Part shown: piece after piece, positions 1 through 12,330 of the stretch
Numbering within the stretch: position 1 is the stretch's first letter
How the letters are laid out: every line of letters begins with the position of its first letter
DNA from: Negaprion brevirostris
Lineage: Eukaryota
Assembly (NCBI GenBank): GCA_030324005.1
Contig: JARDVH010000163.1
Coordinates: forward strand, 77,415,348 to 77,479,347
Length of the DNA: 64,000 bases
Direction of reading: 5' to 3'
Notes under the pieces: model-generated
The model's database searches: none
What the model was told of the DNA's origin: nothing
The model's input: only the letters and a program-made list of their open reading frames with translations
Made by a program: the position numbers and the translations under genes

Positions 1-71
1 ATCTTATTGAATGGCGGGGCAGGCTCGAAGGGCTAGATGGCCTACTCCTGCTCCTATTTCTTATGTTCTTA
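1..71 (+). mobile_element. CR1 LINE 3' tail (young)
   Basis: gaatggcggggcaggctcga...ggcctactcctgctcctatttcttatgttcttat, nearly identical to 2858-2903 and 58583-58654. Confidence 0.8.
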
Positions 72-1627
72 TAAAAAGTAGTAATAGGCATTAAAAACAA
101 ACAAAATTTTGAAAAAGATAATCAGGTCAAGTAGCACCCTCAGAGAGAGGAACATCAGAGTAATGCTTCAGCTCGATAACCTATTGCCTGAGAAACAGTT
201 ATGACCTTCCTCTCTCCATTGATCTGCACAGCATTTACTGTTTTTTGATCAGATTTCCAATAACTGCAATATTTTGTCTTTGTTCCAGTCCATTTCAATT
301 TTGCTTGAAATTCAATAAAAGATTTTTCTTTGCGAGCCCAGCTTATAACAAAGGGATTTTTCTTGTGGTGAGAGCAGTATTCTCCTCACTGACCCTGGAT
401 CCCAAAAACAGTTATCTAAGGCAGTGAAAGACAGGGGCTCCTTTCCACACGTGCTCCAAGGCAAAACAGAGACCAGATGAAGGATCCAAATTGCTCTCTG
501 TTATAAAAGTTCAATTTTTTTCCCTCTTCCAAAACAGGGCTCCTTCCAAAAGATCAAGAAAACACTGGTTCAAATGGATCCAACACTGATGCAACAGAAG
601 ATTTATAATTCAAGCTACTGAATACCCTTACAGGGCCTATTCTTTCCCCTAGATGAACTCAGTCTATCACCCTATAATTGTATTTTTACATCATGCTGCC
701 TTTCAGCGTTATCACCAGGATTTGATTGAATTGTCAGCTTTGCAATTAAAAAAGCAACAGAATGAGATTACAGGTTTGGTCCATTCAAACTTTTGTGTGT
801 GTGTAAAAAGCATTCAGAGCTGTATTGGGCTGAAGTACACTTGGTAGTAGTGGGTGGTATAAGACTTGACAAGTTAATTGCACCTCGCAACACTGAAGTG
901 TTGTGGGCTAAGCATAATTTTTCTGAAGAGAACCAATAAATTAAATAAACCCAGTGATGATACCGTAATTATATCTCTGAAACATAGCATATCTAATAGC
1001 AGTTTAACTTAAGCCCATGGATAAGTCTGGGTTATTTGTAGGATAGCACCAGGAAATGATGTGAAGGGAATCTGCAACCACTAGATGGTCTAACCTATGT
1101 TTTGAAATTGATTTTGATGCAACCAATGTTGCAAATGCCCAGAAAAAAAAGTTAACCAAGGAATATCGCTACCATCCACTCTCAACCTCAAAGTTGGAGG
1201 GCAGATGCAAGATCAATATGCCAACTTTTTTCAGTGCTAATTAAGATGTCTCCCCTTCTGGGCAGGAAACAAAGCTAATATATGGGCAACCTCCCCTGCT
1301 CTTCCCCAAATAGTGCAAAGGAATTTTTGTTTTGCATCAACTTGAGGGGTCAGATGGGGTCTCTGTGTAATCAGCCATTCAAAAGATGACACCTTCGGTA
1401 CTGCACTGGAGCATCAGCCTGGATTTTATGCTCACGTTCGTGGATTGGAATGCGACCCACGACTTTCTGAGAGATGAGATTGAGAGTGAAGTCTGCCATA
1501 CAAGCGAACACTTTGGGGTGTGGAGCCCATTCCACAGACTATTTTTTTGGTGTGTCCCTACAACTGTACTCCAGTTAAAAATCCAGGCCTTCAGGACTGA
1601 CAGACTTCCTTCTAAAAAGATATTTCA

Positions 1628-1939
<312 letters not shown>

Positions 1940-2686
1940 CTATGGACAGAAAAAAAGACAAGGATTTTTTTTAAAAAAGTATGTGTATGTCGTATGCTTC
2001 AGATGATGTTGATGCTCGAGTATTTGAACAATTTGGGTGTCAAGTGCCAGGTATGAGCAAACCTTCTACTTTTCCATGACAACATTCCGTAATATTAACA
2101 GTGCAACAATGAAACACTGTCTCTCTCTGGGCCATCTTGTGGGTATGATCTATTAAATAAGCAAAATTCTGCAAATGACGGAATTTGAAACCAGAGAACT
2201 CCTGAAAAACTCAGCAGGTCTGCCAGCATCTATTATTCCTGCACACTCTGTTCTAGTTAAATTTCATGCTGCCTTAGTTTTATGTTGTAGATCTCTTTGC
2301 TCTAGGAACTGGATCAAGGCTCAGTTTTAACGAAACCTGCATGGCAAATGCCCTAACTGGAAAACTTATACAGCATCTCTAAAGGAGAAAAATGTGAAAC
2401 TCCAGAGATAGAAATGGACACAAGGTCAAAAGAAAGATATTAGAAAGGTTACCAAAAGTTGGGTCTTCGAAAAAGTGTAGAGGCAGGAATGACTGAAAAT
2501 ATGGCCAAAGTGGCTGAAGACACGGCCACAAATGGGAGTGAAGGAGATGTAGAAGAGGTTAGAGAAAGAGAGTTTGTGGGTAGGAAAGTATGCAGGTAGA
2601 GAGGTGCAAGGACACAAAGGGATTTAACCCCTGGAGGTCAAGGTAAATCGAACAAGGGCAGAATGAATGTGAGCATGACATGGACT

Positions 2687-2903
2687 CTTAGAGGATGAGA
2701 GGGGGAACCTAGTGGTAGGGGATGGGGAAATGGCTGAGGTCTTAAATAACTTTTTTGNNNNNNNNNNNNNNNNNNNNNNNNNNNNNNNNNNNNNNNNNNN
2801 NNNNNNNNNNNNNNNNNNNNNNNNNNNNNNNNNNNNNNNNNNNNNNNNNNNNNNNNNAGGGCTGGATGGCCTACTCCTGCTCCTATTTCTTATGTTCTTA
2901 TGA
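2687..2903 (+). mobile_element. CR1 LINE (collapsed by gap)
   Basis: 5' side encodes EMAEVLNNFF (CR1 ORF2-like), 3' side is the CR1 tail; 100-N gap between. Confidence 0.7.
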
Positions 2904-3387
2904 ATAGGATATGAGCAGCAGAGTTTCAGACAAGATAAAGTTTACAGGAGACAGAGGGGATAGGCTGTCGAGCAAGAGAGCAACAGAATAGCCGAGCCTG
3001 GAGGTAAAGGCATAGACAAGAATTTCAGCAGCGTGGGCAGATAAAGATGATATAATGGAAGTGAGCGGTTTTTATCAAGTTGAAAACAGTTCGATTCAGT
3101 CTCTGATATTGTCTGGGGAAGGGATGAAATTCATGAAGAAGACAATAGAATTGTAATGAGGACTAAAACTGATGCCAGTTCATATGGTGCATCTTCGAGC
3201 AAGAGTCAATGGATTGTGAACAGCAGTGAGAGATGGCTGATTATTTATTTCCTCTTCCTCGGCCAGGGTTATTTCAACTAACACATTGTACACCAGAAAA
3301 TTTCTGAGCTGTACAGATCAGTACAGAGGGTGGAGTTTTTACCCATTTGGGCAGTAGCCGTTGAGGGGTTGTGGCCAAATTACTCAC

Positions 3388-3472
3388 ATGAGCTACTTCT
3401 TCCTTTGTCCCGATGACTCTGTCCTGAGAGAGTTTACTGAATTCCACATAATGATCATCTGTGAAAGAGTGC
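3388..3472 (-). CDS. DCAF1: DCAF1 coding exon 16
   Basis: [28 protein letters not shown]|GTGAGT; 85 nt. Confidence 0.95.
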
Positions 3473-3737
3473 CTGAAACAGAAAACACCAGGACCAAGTC
3501 AATTCCAGCAGCACAAATCCAAAGCAAACATTCAAGCACCTGTATCAGGTCTAGTGCAGATCATGTCTGTTTGGAGATTTCACCAAGATGCACTGTATTC
3601 CTTCTTAGGGCAAAAATATTTCTTCTTTCCATAATAACACACTCAAGTCTCAACTTCTACCCAAACGATTCCACCATTACGCTCCAGGCTCAGTATTCTA
3701 GCAGCAACACATCCATACTCAGTGAAGCAAGGATTTC

Positions 3738-3863
3738 AACATAGCGCAGGCTGGTACACACCAGCACCTCGCCAATGCAGCATAGGATTGTACACGCCAC
3801 CACCTACCCAACGCAACACAGACTGGTACATGCCAACACCTCCCCAAAACAACACAGGCTGGC
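3738..3863 (+). repeat. 36-bp degenerate minisatellite, about 3.5 copies
   Basis: Units such as atgcagcataggattgtacacgccaccacctaccca and acgcaacacagactggtacatgccaacacctcccca. Confidence 0.8.
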
Positions 3864-4521
3864 TTGCTGGTACATATCATCTCTGCAATGAATGCTGCAA
3901 TTAAAGCCAAGTTCATTGAGCCATCACAGACAATCCTATCATGCCTGTTTTCGGAACACCAGAAGAACTGAACTGACATTTTCTAACGTAATTAAATACC
4001 TAGACCTTGCTTTAGGTTAAAATAAATACATCTTTGTATTTATCTCAACAAAATTTTTTAAAGATGCACAGGGGTTCTGCAACTGGCCTCAATGCCCCTG
4101 AGCTAGAAAGGAGATAATCAACCAAAGTTACCTGCTCTGATAGCAGCCCAACAACGACTAATGAAAGTTAACATGGGCATTTGACAGATCAGAGTTTGAC
4201 ATGGTGTCAAAAATGAATAAGCATTTGAAAATTGAGGATTATTCCCCACATGCAATTGTCCAGGAGTGTTAGATCAAATCAGGAATCGAATTTCAAATTC
4301 TGTTGGAGAGACATTTGTTTAGAAGCTAAGGAATCCATCTCTGAAAATACCCCAGCTCTGTTGCACTGTTCCACTGTAATTCAAGCAAATGAAAGACTCC
4401 AGAACAACATCTGAAAGGATTTATCTGACAGAGTAAGAAATTCCTCAAAGCAGCAGCCAAAGTTGTACTTTTACTTCTGGCACCTGCAACCCTTGTACTT
4501 GGGTAAATCATTTTCACTTAC

Positions 4522-4604
4522 TTCATGTCGAAGACAGACTTCATTCCCCAGAGAGCAGAGAGGGGCTGACCCCAGCTTGCTGATGTCAATAACAAGGATC
4601 CATC
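4522..4604 (-). CDS. DCAF1: DCAF1 coding exon 15
   Basis: [27 protein letters not shown]+AA|GTAAGT; 83 nt. Confidence 0.95.
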
Positions 4605-5148
4605 CTGCAAGTGCATATGCACAAAAATTACAAAAAAATTAAAAAGTGGGTCTGATCGCATATGTAGTAATAACAGTTTGATGGCAACTGTTACATGACC
4701 CCATAATCAACATTATTAGACATTATCTGATTACTTTACCTGGGATTGTGTTATTCACAAATTGGCTATCACATACCCATAGGACATTAGCAACTACACT
4801 TCAAAAATTACATTACTGGCTGTAAAGCTCTTTGCAACAACCTGAGATTGTGAAAGGTGCTGCAGAAATGTATTTTCTGGATATCTGTCTCAAACTCATT
4901 GACCATTCTGGTCACCCACCATTACGTGACCTCATTGGAGAAAGTACTTACATCACCAGGAATTTAGGCTTGTAATTACGATTGCCACAAGGGTAGGATT
5001 CCGATTTTAGTTGAAAAACACAAGAGAAACTTGAGAATAAATCTCAGGCTGATTATACAAGATACTTGGCAGGAAACCAAGAGAGATGGTGCACAACAGT
5101 GTATTGACGGGATAAAAGCAAAATTCTGCGGATGCTGGCAATCTGAAT

Positions 5149-5313
5149 AAATGATGTGGAGATGCTGGCATTGGACTGGGGTAAACACGGTAAGAAGTCT
5201 TAAAACATCAGGTTAAAGTCCAATGGGTTTATTTGGTAGCGGGGCAAACGCTAGTAGCTTTTGCTACCAAATAAACCTGTTGGACTTTAACCTGGTGTCA
5301 TAAGACTTCTTAC
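5149..5313. mobile_element. Head-to-head Penelope-like termini inside a second Penelope-like repeat (about 5115-5465)
   Basis: 51-bp inverted arms 5190-5240 and 5263-5313; caatctgaat duplicated at 5139-5148 and 5313-5322. Confidence 0.65.
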
Positions 5314-6340
5314 AATCTGAATTAAAAACAGAAAATGCTAGTAAAATACTAAGCCGGTCTGGCAGCATCTGCGGAGAACTCTGAAAAAGTCTTAAGGAGC
5401 AAAACGTTAACCCTGTTTCTCTCTTCACAGATGCTGTGTTTTCCCAGCAACTTCTGTTTTTATTGTTGAAGGAATATGTGCGTTAGAAACAAATATTTTG
5501 AAAAGTGGCTGTGAAGGGAGAGGAAATAGAAAATCAAAACGACTAACTCATGTCACATATCAATTTACTGCTAATTTTGACTTTGGAAAGGCAAGATCAT
5601 AAAAATCAGGAGTAACTAAAAGACTGTCATAAAGGACTTCACATCATGATGAATTCTGTTAACAGTGCCTGGTGCCACAATCACTTGATGTTGTGTATCC
5701 CTGGTCTGAAGATAGATTGTCCTACTGGGGTTTCACAGCGCAAGTCCTGATCACCCTCCCGCATCCTACCATAAGCAACACTTTGTAATCAAGAGCCTAG
5801 ACAGGCAGTGTCTGTTAGGGCGTGTGACTGAGGCATCATTGCAGATTCCAGCAGACCTCCATAACCAGATCTCAGGAGTGGGAACCCTAGGCTACCTACA
5901 CCATCACCTGATTCAGATCAGACAACGGAGACCAAATTAGGCATCTTTGCTCTTACACATTTCAGCTATTCACTGATTAAAGCCACTGAGGAGTGGACAA
6001 TTGGTTCCTTCTTCAGAAATTGGGGCATTAAAAAACTTAGCATTCCAGTACTAAGGGAGACCAGATATTAAAATGTGGCTACCTGTCCCCTCAGTGAGGC
6101 AATTTCAAAAGAGTTTTCCTACATTGTGTGCCTGATATTTATCCCTTAACCAAAATCACTATAAAAAATAAATCTGACCATCACGACTGCAGGATCTTGT
6201 TTGCAAACTGGTTGTTGCATTTCTACACAAAAATAATTGAGGTTACGAAAGGTGTTGTCTTTCCTCACAAGTCTTTCTTCAGAAGTGTAAATATATACGC
6301 ACACTCTGCAGAGCATAATGCCTGATAATATCTCACTTAC

Positions 6341-6539
6341 CCTGGATGGCTCTAGATGTGTTATGGCAGAGTTATGGCAGGCATATGTGGCCTCCTCTTG
6401 GCCACTAAATAAGTTGTAAAGCTTGAGTTCTCCAGTACATGTTCCCAGCATCAGAAACCGCTCTCGGGCAGAGAATGCACAGCATGTAAAACCACTGCCT
6501 TCCTCATCGGACTCCCTGAACACAGAAATGGGCCGGAAC
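6341..6539 (-). CDS. DCAF1: DCAF1 coding exon 14 (start of WD40 region)
   Basis: [42 protein letters not shown]...ITHLEPSR|GTAAGT; 199 nt. Confidence 0.96.
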
Positions 6540-7854
6540 CTGCGGTGGGATACAGAACATAAATCCTTTACTTAAGGATGATCAGCTTATGCAGCGAATG
6601 AGACACTTCAAACTGACATCAGGCTTGGAATTAACTTGCATTGATATAAATTCTATTTACACCATCTCTCTTTGCACGGAACACAGTCACTGTTATGTTC
6701 TGCAACCAAGAGATCAGAAACAGGACAAAACACCAACACATCTGCACTTTTGGTGGGATTATTGGGGGAGGAATGTTGAGTTCATCAAGGTAAGAAATAT
6801 TACAGCTAGGGATGGAACACTTTCCATTTACACACTCAATTCCATATCATGTTCACCCTAAAAATTTATCTATGCTGCCATATCAAATACTTCCAGGTCA
6901 GGTACAATACATGTTACAGAATAAATTTTTTTCTATTTTGTTCCAAACACCCTTCAGGGCAGTGACAGTGTACATTAGATAAGCTCCCTTTAACATATGC
7001 CATTTATAACAAAGAACAAAAACAGCCCGGGAAACAGGCCCTTTGGCCCAACGAGCCCGTGCCGCCATCTTAACACCACCAGTCCCCCCCTCCACCCATG
7101 ACCCTTATCTAATGTTTTATGGCCATCCANNNNNNNNNNNNNNNNNNNNNNNNNNNNNNNNNNNNNNNNNNNNNNNNNNNNNNNNNNNNNNNNNNNNNNN
7201 NNNNNNNNNNNNNNNNNNNNNNNNNNNNNNNNNNNNNNNNNNNNNNNNNNNNNNNNNNNNNNNNNNNNNNNNNNNNNNNNNNNNNNNNNNNNNNNNNNNN
7301 NNNNNNNNNNNNNNNNNNNNNNNNNNNNNNNNNNNNNNNNNNNNNNNNNNNNNNNNNNNNNNNNNNNNNNNNNNNNNNNNNNNNNNNNNNNNNNNNNNNN
7401 NNNNNNNNNNNNNNNNNNNNNNNNNNNNNNNNNNNNNNNNNNNNNNNNNNNNNNNNNNNNNNNNNNNNNNNNNNNNNNNNNNNNNNNNNNNNNNNNNNNN
7501 NNNNNNNNNNNNNNNNNNNNNNNNNNNNNNNNNNNNNNNNNNNNNNNNNNNCCTCAGAAGCCAATCGGCAGCATAGTTTAGCAGAAGATTTTCATTAAAG
7601 GCAATGGGATCCCCTGAATTAACATCCCGAATCAAGTAAAAGAATAAAATTGCAGTCCGTGCCACTTACTCCAACCATGTTCACTATGGACAGTCTCAGT
7701 TGGGGAAACAACGTTAACTGTGGCATTACCAAGAGGCTATTACAGAGGCACCTCTTAAAGCAGATTAAGTTCACCGGCTATTTAGTGTCGATAAATCCTC
7801 AGATAAAAAAGATTGGGAGATTTCAGGCAATGGCAGCTCTAATCAGCTGGTAAG

Positions 7855-9365
7855 TTTCAGTGAGGAGCTGAAGGAAATCAATAGAGAAATGGTTTTGGGA
7901 AAATTAATGGGACTAAAAGTAGATAAATCTCCTGGACCTGATGATCTTCATCCAGAGTAGTTAAGGAAATGGCTCTAGAAACAGTAGAACCATTGGTAGT
8001 CATCTTCCAAAATTCTTTGGATTCTGAAATGGCTCCTAGAGACTGAAGGGTGGCTAATATAAGCCTGCTATTCAAAAAAGAGAGTTAGTGAGAAATCAGG
8101 GAACCATAGACCAATGAGCCTAGCATAGGTGGTAGGGAAGTTGCTGAGTCCATTATCAAGGATTTCATAGCACAGCAGTTGGAAAATCCAACAAAGTTAG
8201 CACAGATATACAAAGGGGAAATCACGCACGACAAATCTACTAGAATTCTTGACTAATAGAGGCGAACCAGTGGATGTGATTTATTTAGACTTCCAGAAAG
8301 CTTTCAACAGGGTCTTACCTAGCAGATTACTATGTAAAGTTAAAGCCCATGGGATTGTGGGTAGTGTCTTGAGATGGATAGAAAGTTGGTTAGCAGAGAG
8401 GAAGCAAAGGGTTGGAATAAATGGGTCTTTTTTTTGATTGGCAGACAGTGACTAATAGCAGTACTGTGGTGATCAGTGCTCGGATCCCAAGTATTCATAT
8501 TATATTAATGATTTGGATGAGGGACATAAGTGTAGTATCTCCACATTTACAAAGAACAGNNNNNNNNNNNNNNNNNNNNNNNNNNNNNNNNNNNNNNNNN
8601 NNNNNNNNNNNNNNNNNNNNNNNNNNNNNNNNNNNNNNNNNNNNNNNNNNNNNNNNNNNGTATAGTGCTGGCCCTTCAGCCCACCACATCTGCGCTGGCA
8701 CATGATCCTTTTTAAACTAAAGACCTTTTCCATCTACGAGGTCTTTAAGCCCTCTATTCTCTGCCTATTCATGTATCAGTGTTTTACTTCAACTTTATAA
8801 GGCATTGGTGAGGCCACACCAGGAGTGTACAGTTTTGGTGTCCTTACCTGAGGGTGTTTTTTGCTATAGAGAGAGTACAGCAATGGTTTACAAGCTAATT
8901 CTTGGAATGGCAAGACTGTCATATGAGGAGAGACTATATTGGTTAGGATTGTATTCATTGGAATTTAGAAGAGAGAAGGCATCTCATAGAAATTTATAAA
9001 ATTCTAACAAGAATGGACAGGGTAGATTCAGAAAGAATGTTCCAGATGGTGGGAGAATCCAGAACTAGGGGTCACAATTTGAGGATAAGGGATAAACATT
9101 TTAGGGCTGTGTGAGGAAAAGTATCTTCACCCAGAGAGTGCCGAATCTGTGGAATTCACTACTGTAGAAAGTAGTTGAGGCCAAACCATTGTGTGACTTC
9201 ACGAAGGAATTTGATTTAGCTCCTGGGGTTAAAGGGATCAAGGGGTATGGGGTGAAGATGAGATCAAGATATTGAATTTGGTGATCAGCCATGATCTTAA
9301 TGAATGGTGGAGAAGGCTCGAGGAATCAAATGGCCTACTCCTGCTTCTATTTACTACTATGTTTT
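7855..9365 (+). mobile_element. CR1 LINE, degenerate RT region and 3' tail
   Basis: KSPGPDDLHPRV.KE and VDVIYLDFQKAF...IESWLAERKQRVGING motifs with stops and frameshifts; tail at about 9290-9365. Confidence 0.88.
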
Positions 9366-9509
9366 GATACATATAAAGTTACCTTTGCCTGTGGCAGTTA
9401 TTTTAATTCTACAACCTATCATTATAGACAACCGGCAAATTTTTAGCACGACCACGCTCGCTTTAAGCAGTTTGTCTTGTGCAGGGAAATGTCTCCTGCA
9501 CAATGTTAC

Positions 9510-10791
9510 CTGCTGAAGATGAGATGCCGGTCAAAGCAGCCCCCATCCACTCCTCCGTACTTGGGGAAGGCAGACCTGTGCGTCACACGGGAGGTGAAAT
9601 TCAATGGTGCCTGCCGCCTCTGCTTTGGCTCAGGGCACTGGTGAGGGGTAAAGAGGGAAAAAGGAGGGCAGGTGACAACAGGATTCTTACAGCGGGCATG
9701 CTGTTCACGCAGGTACTCTGTTATAATGCTGTCCAAGGAGGGCGGCGATGGTAAGTGGCGGTCCAATTGCTTTTTAATGGCTGGCGTCTGGTTGTAAGCC
9801 CCATAGTCTGACTTTTGCCGAATTAGTCTCTGTTTCTTCAGGTTGGCACCATTGCAGGGAGATGGCTTCTCCTTGGAGAAGCTTATCTTGCCTATTATAG
9901 GTGAGCCATTGGTGCAGGAGAGCCCAGGGGTGGACTGGGCTCCTTGAGAAACTGCTACCTTTCCTTGGCAGGGTGATGAAAACGCAGGCAAATTGATGGT
10001 TCGTGATGAAATGCCATTGGCTAGTCTGGGCGTTCGTGGTAAGCTGACAGGGGAGGTGCCAGGGGCAGNNNNNNNNNNAGCAGTTACGAAGGCCGAAGAA
10101 TGTGGTGCTGCGGTCTGGATGGCTGGTGTCCTAGGAAGGTCACCCTCCTTGGTGAGCACTGAGGCAGTGTCGTGCAGGCCATGAGACACCAGGTGGTTGC
10201 GGATGAGTAACAGCAGTTCTTTCTCAGAGAAGGTGATCCGGGTTTGTGCTACCACGTCTGCCTTCTGAAGCCGGGCCAGCGAGACATCAGAGCCAATAGA
10301 CAATGGCTTCCCAGAGACACGCTCAATCAGCTCAGATGCGTACTTGCAGAATTTGACATGCTCATGCCGCTTGTCCTGTAGCACTGGCTCTCGCATCAGC
10401 TGCTGGATTTGACCACTGGTGAACAGGGGCAGCTTGCTGATAATCTGCTTCACAGCACTGCTCCGGGATAGGCCCACAAGTGCCTTGCACGCTAAGGTGC
10501 GGATCTGATCCGCATCTGTGATGGGTGCCTTCACAGTCAGCAGGGACAGCAGCACCTTGATACCATTGTTGGCCTGCACCATGTTCCACATCTTGGTGAG
10601 CACACTCTCTGTGCTCTTGGGGTTCTGCAAGCTCTTCCGACGAGGGGTCCCGGAGTTGAACTTGCCAATGCTGGAGATGCGCTTATCAGGCCCACAGACA
10701 CAATTGATAATGACCTGAAGTGCAGATTTCTGTGTCTCGGCATCGTTAGCAAAGATGTCCCCCTCAGCAACTCCGAGAATAATGCTCATCC
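9510..10791 (-). CDS. DCAF1: DCAF1 coding exon 13 (large exon including the LisH motif)
   Basis: MSIILGVAEG...EKELLLLIRNHLVSHGLHDTASVLTKEGDL (LisH)...SLDSIITEYLREQHARC...GCFDRHLIFS; 1282 nt including a 10-N gap that keeps frame. Confidence 0.97.
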
Positions 10792-11519
10792 CTGCAAGGG
10801 AAAAAGAACTTTTTAATGCAGGACACCATTTAATAGACCTATAACCACTAACTTTATAGCTCAAAAATAGTCTCTCCAACATCTGAATAGGAGCACAATT
10901 TTGCACTCAATGTTTCACAGCATTGAAACCTTAGTGCAAAGCACACAAACAACATGGGAAAGAGAAGATTTCACACTCACCACCATTCATCATTGAAATT
11001 CTAATAGCAGTGGCTTTTTGGTACAGATGGGGCTCCTGAGAACTCATCACCTAAGAATCTACAATTAAAGCTCTTCCTCATTGCGTTTACAAATAAATCG
11101 TCTGCCTCAACTTCCAAATGGCAGGATTCTCAAAAAGACAAAATGAGGAAATATGAAAGACTCAATCTTCAGTTATGAAGAGATCTGTCCCCGTCTCCCA
11201 GATCAGACACAGCATGAAGTAGATACAGAGTGAAGCTCCTTCTACTTTTCCCCAGCTAATAAGTCTCCAAATAGTTGAGCATTTAGCTATTTCTTGTACT
11301 GGTCAACAGACTGGAAGCATAGGACTGCTTGTCCTGTGAGCCCATGGCCATTAGAAATTGAATTAAGACAGCACTTTACAAGCAAGATTCTAATTTCATC
11401 TGATCAGTCTGGCAATCGATTTGCATGCAGAACCCAAATTAACATTATTGTATTTGTGATGGAAATTGTTGGTTTTTGAAGTTAATTTTTGAAGAAAGAA
11501 GAAAGTAAAACGTACTCAC

Positions 11520-11644
11520 CCACCGCAGTCACAGTAGATGACCCTTCATCCATCACATCTACTGGTTCAGCTAGCAAAAGCTGAGTCTTGGAAACCACAG
11601 TGAGGACAGCCAGCACATCTAGAGCAGAACGAACAGTATCACTC
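11520..11644 (-). CDS. DCAF1: DCAF1 coding exon 12
   Basis: SDTVRSALDVLAVLTVVSKTQLLLAEPVDVMDEGSSTVTAV+G|GTGAGT; 125 nt. Confidence 0.95.
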
Positions 11645-11704
11645 CTGAAGAAAGGAGAATGCAGAATTAAGGTAACACGCCTTACAATCAGAAATGGGCG
11701 AATA

Positions 11705-12330
11705 TACAGTAGGGAATAAATAAATGGCTATGGAATGAAATTTGTACTTTGCTTCAGTCTTCACAAAAGGAAGACATGAATAATGTACCAGAAGCACAGA
11801 GAGAAACATATTTTAGTGAGAAGCTGAAGGAAATCATTTCATTAGTAGAGAAATGGTTTTTGGGGATATTGATGGGATTGAAGATGGATAAATCTCCAGG
11901 TCCTGATAATCTTCATCCCAGAGTACTTAAGGAAGCAGCCCTGGAAATAATAGATCTATTGGTGGTTACTTTCCAAAATTCTTTTGACTCTGGAATAGTT
12001 CCTACAGATTGGAAGGTAGCTAATGTAAATTCACTATTCAAAAAGGGAGGTAGAGAGAAAGCAGGGAACTAGTTAGCCTAACATTGATACTAGGAAAGTT
12101 GCTAGAATCTATTACCAAGGATTTCATATCTCTGCATTTGAAAGGCATTGGTATAGTCAGACAAAGTCAACATGGATTTACAAGAGAAATCATGCTTGAC
12201 AAATTTTGGGATTTTTTGAGGATGTAGTTAATAAAGTTGACCAAGGAGAACCAATGGATGTGGTTTATTTAGACTTTCAGAAGGCTTTCAATAAGATTTT
12301 GTACAACAGATTACTTTGTAAAGCTAAAGC
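11705..12330 (+). mobile_element. CR1 LINE fragment
   Basis: DKSPGPDNLHPRVLKEAALEI...VPTDWKVANV.SLFKKGGRE. Confidence 0.88.

Noticed and set aside
3722-3904. Periodic ORF or CRISPR-like array
   Set aside because: Eukaryotic minisatellite with no unique spacers and no cas genes.
5646-5709. ATGATGA...CTGA C/D-box-like pair
   Set aside because: Antisense to the host gene, weak terminal stem, no recognisable rRNA guide.
10792-10906. N-terminal extension of ORF 9506-10906 and similar overhangs on other exon ORFs
   Set aside because: Intronic read-through beyond clear splice sites, with no DCAF1 similarity.
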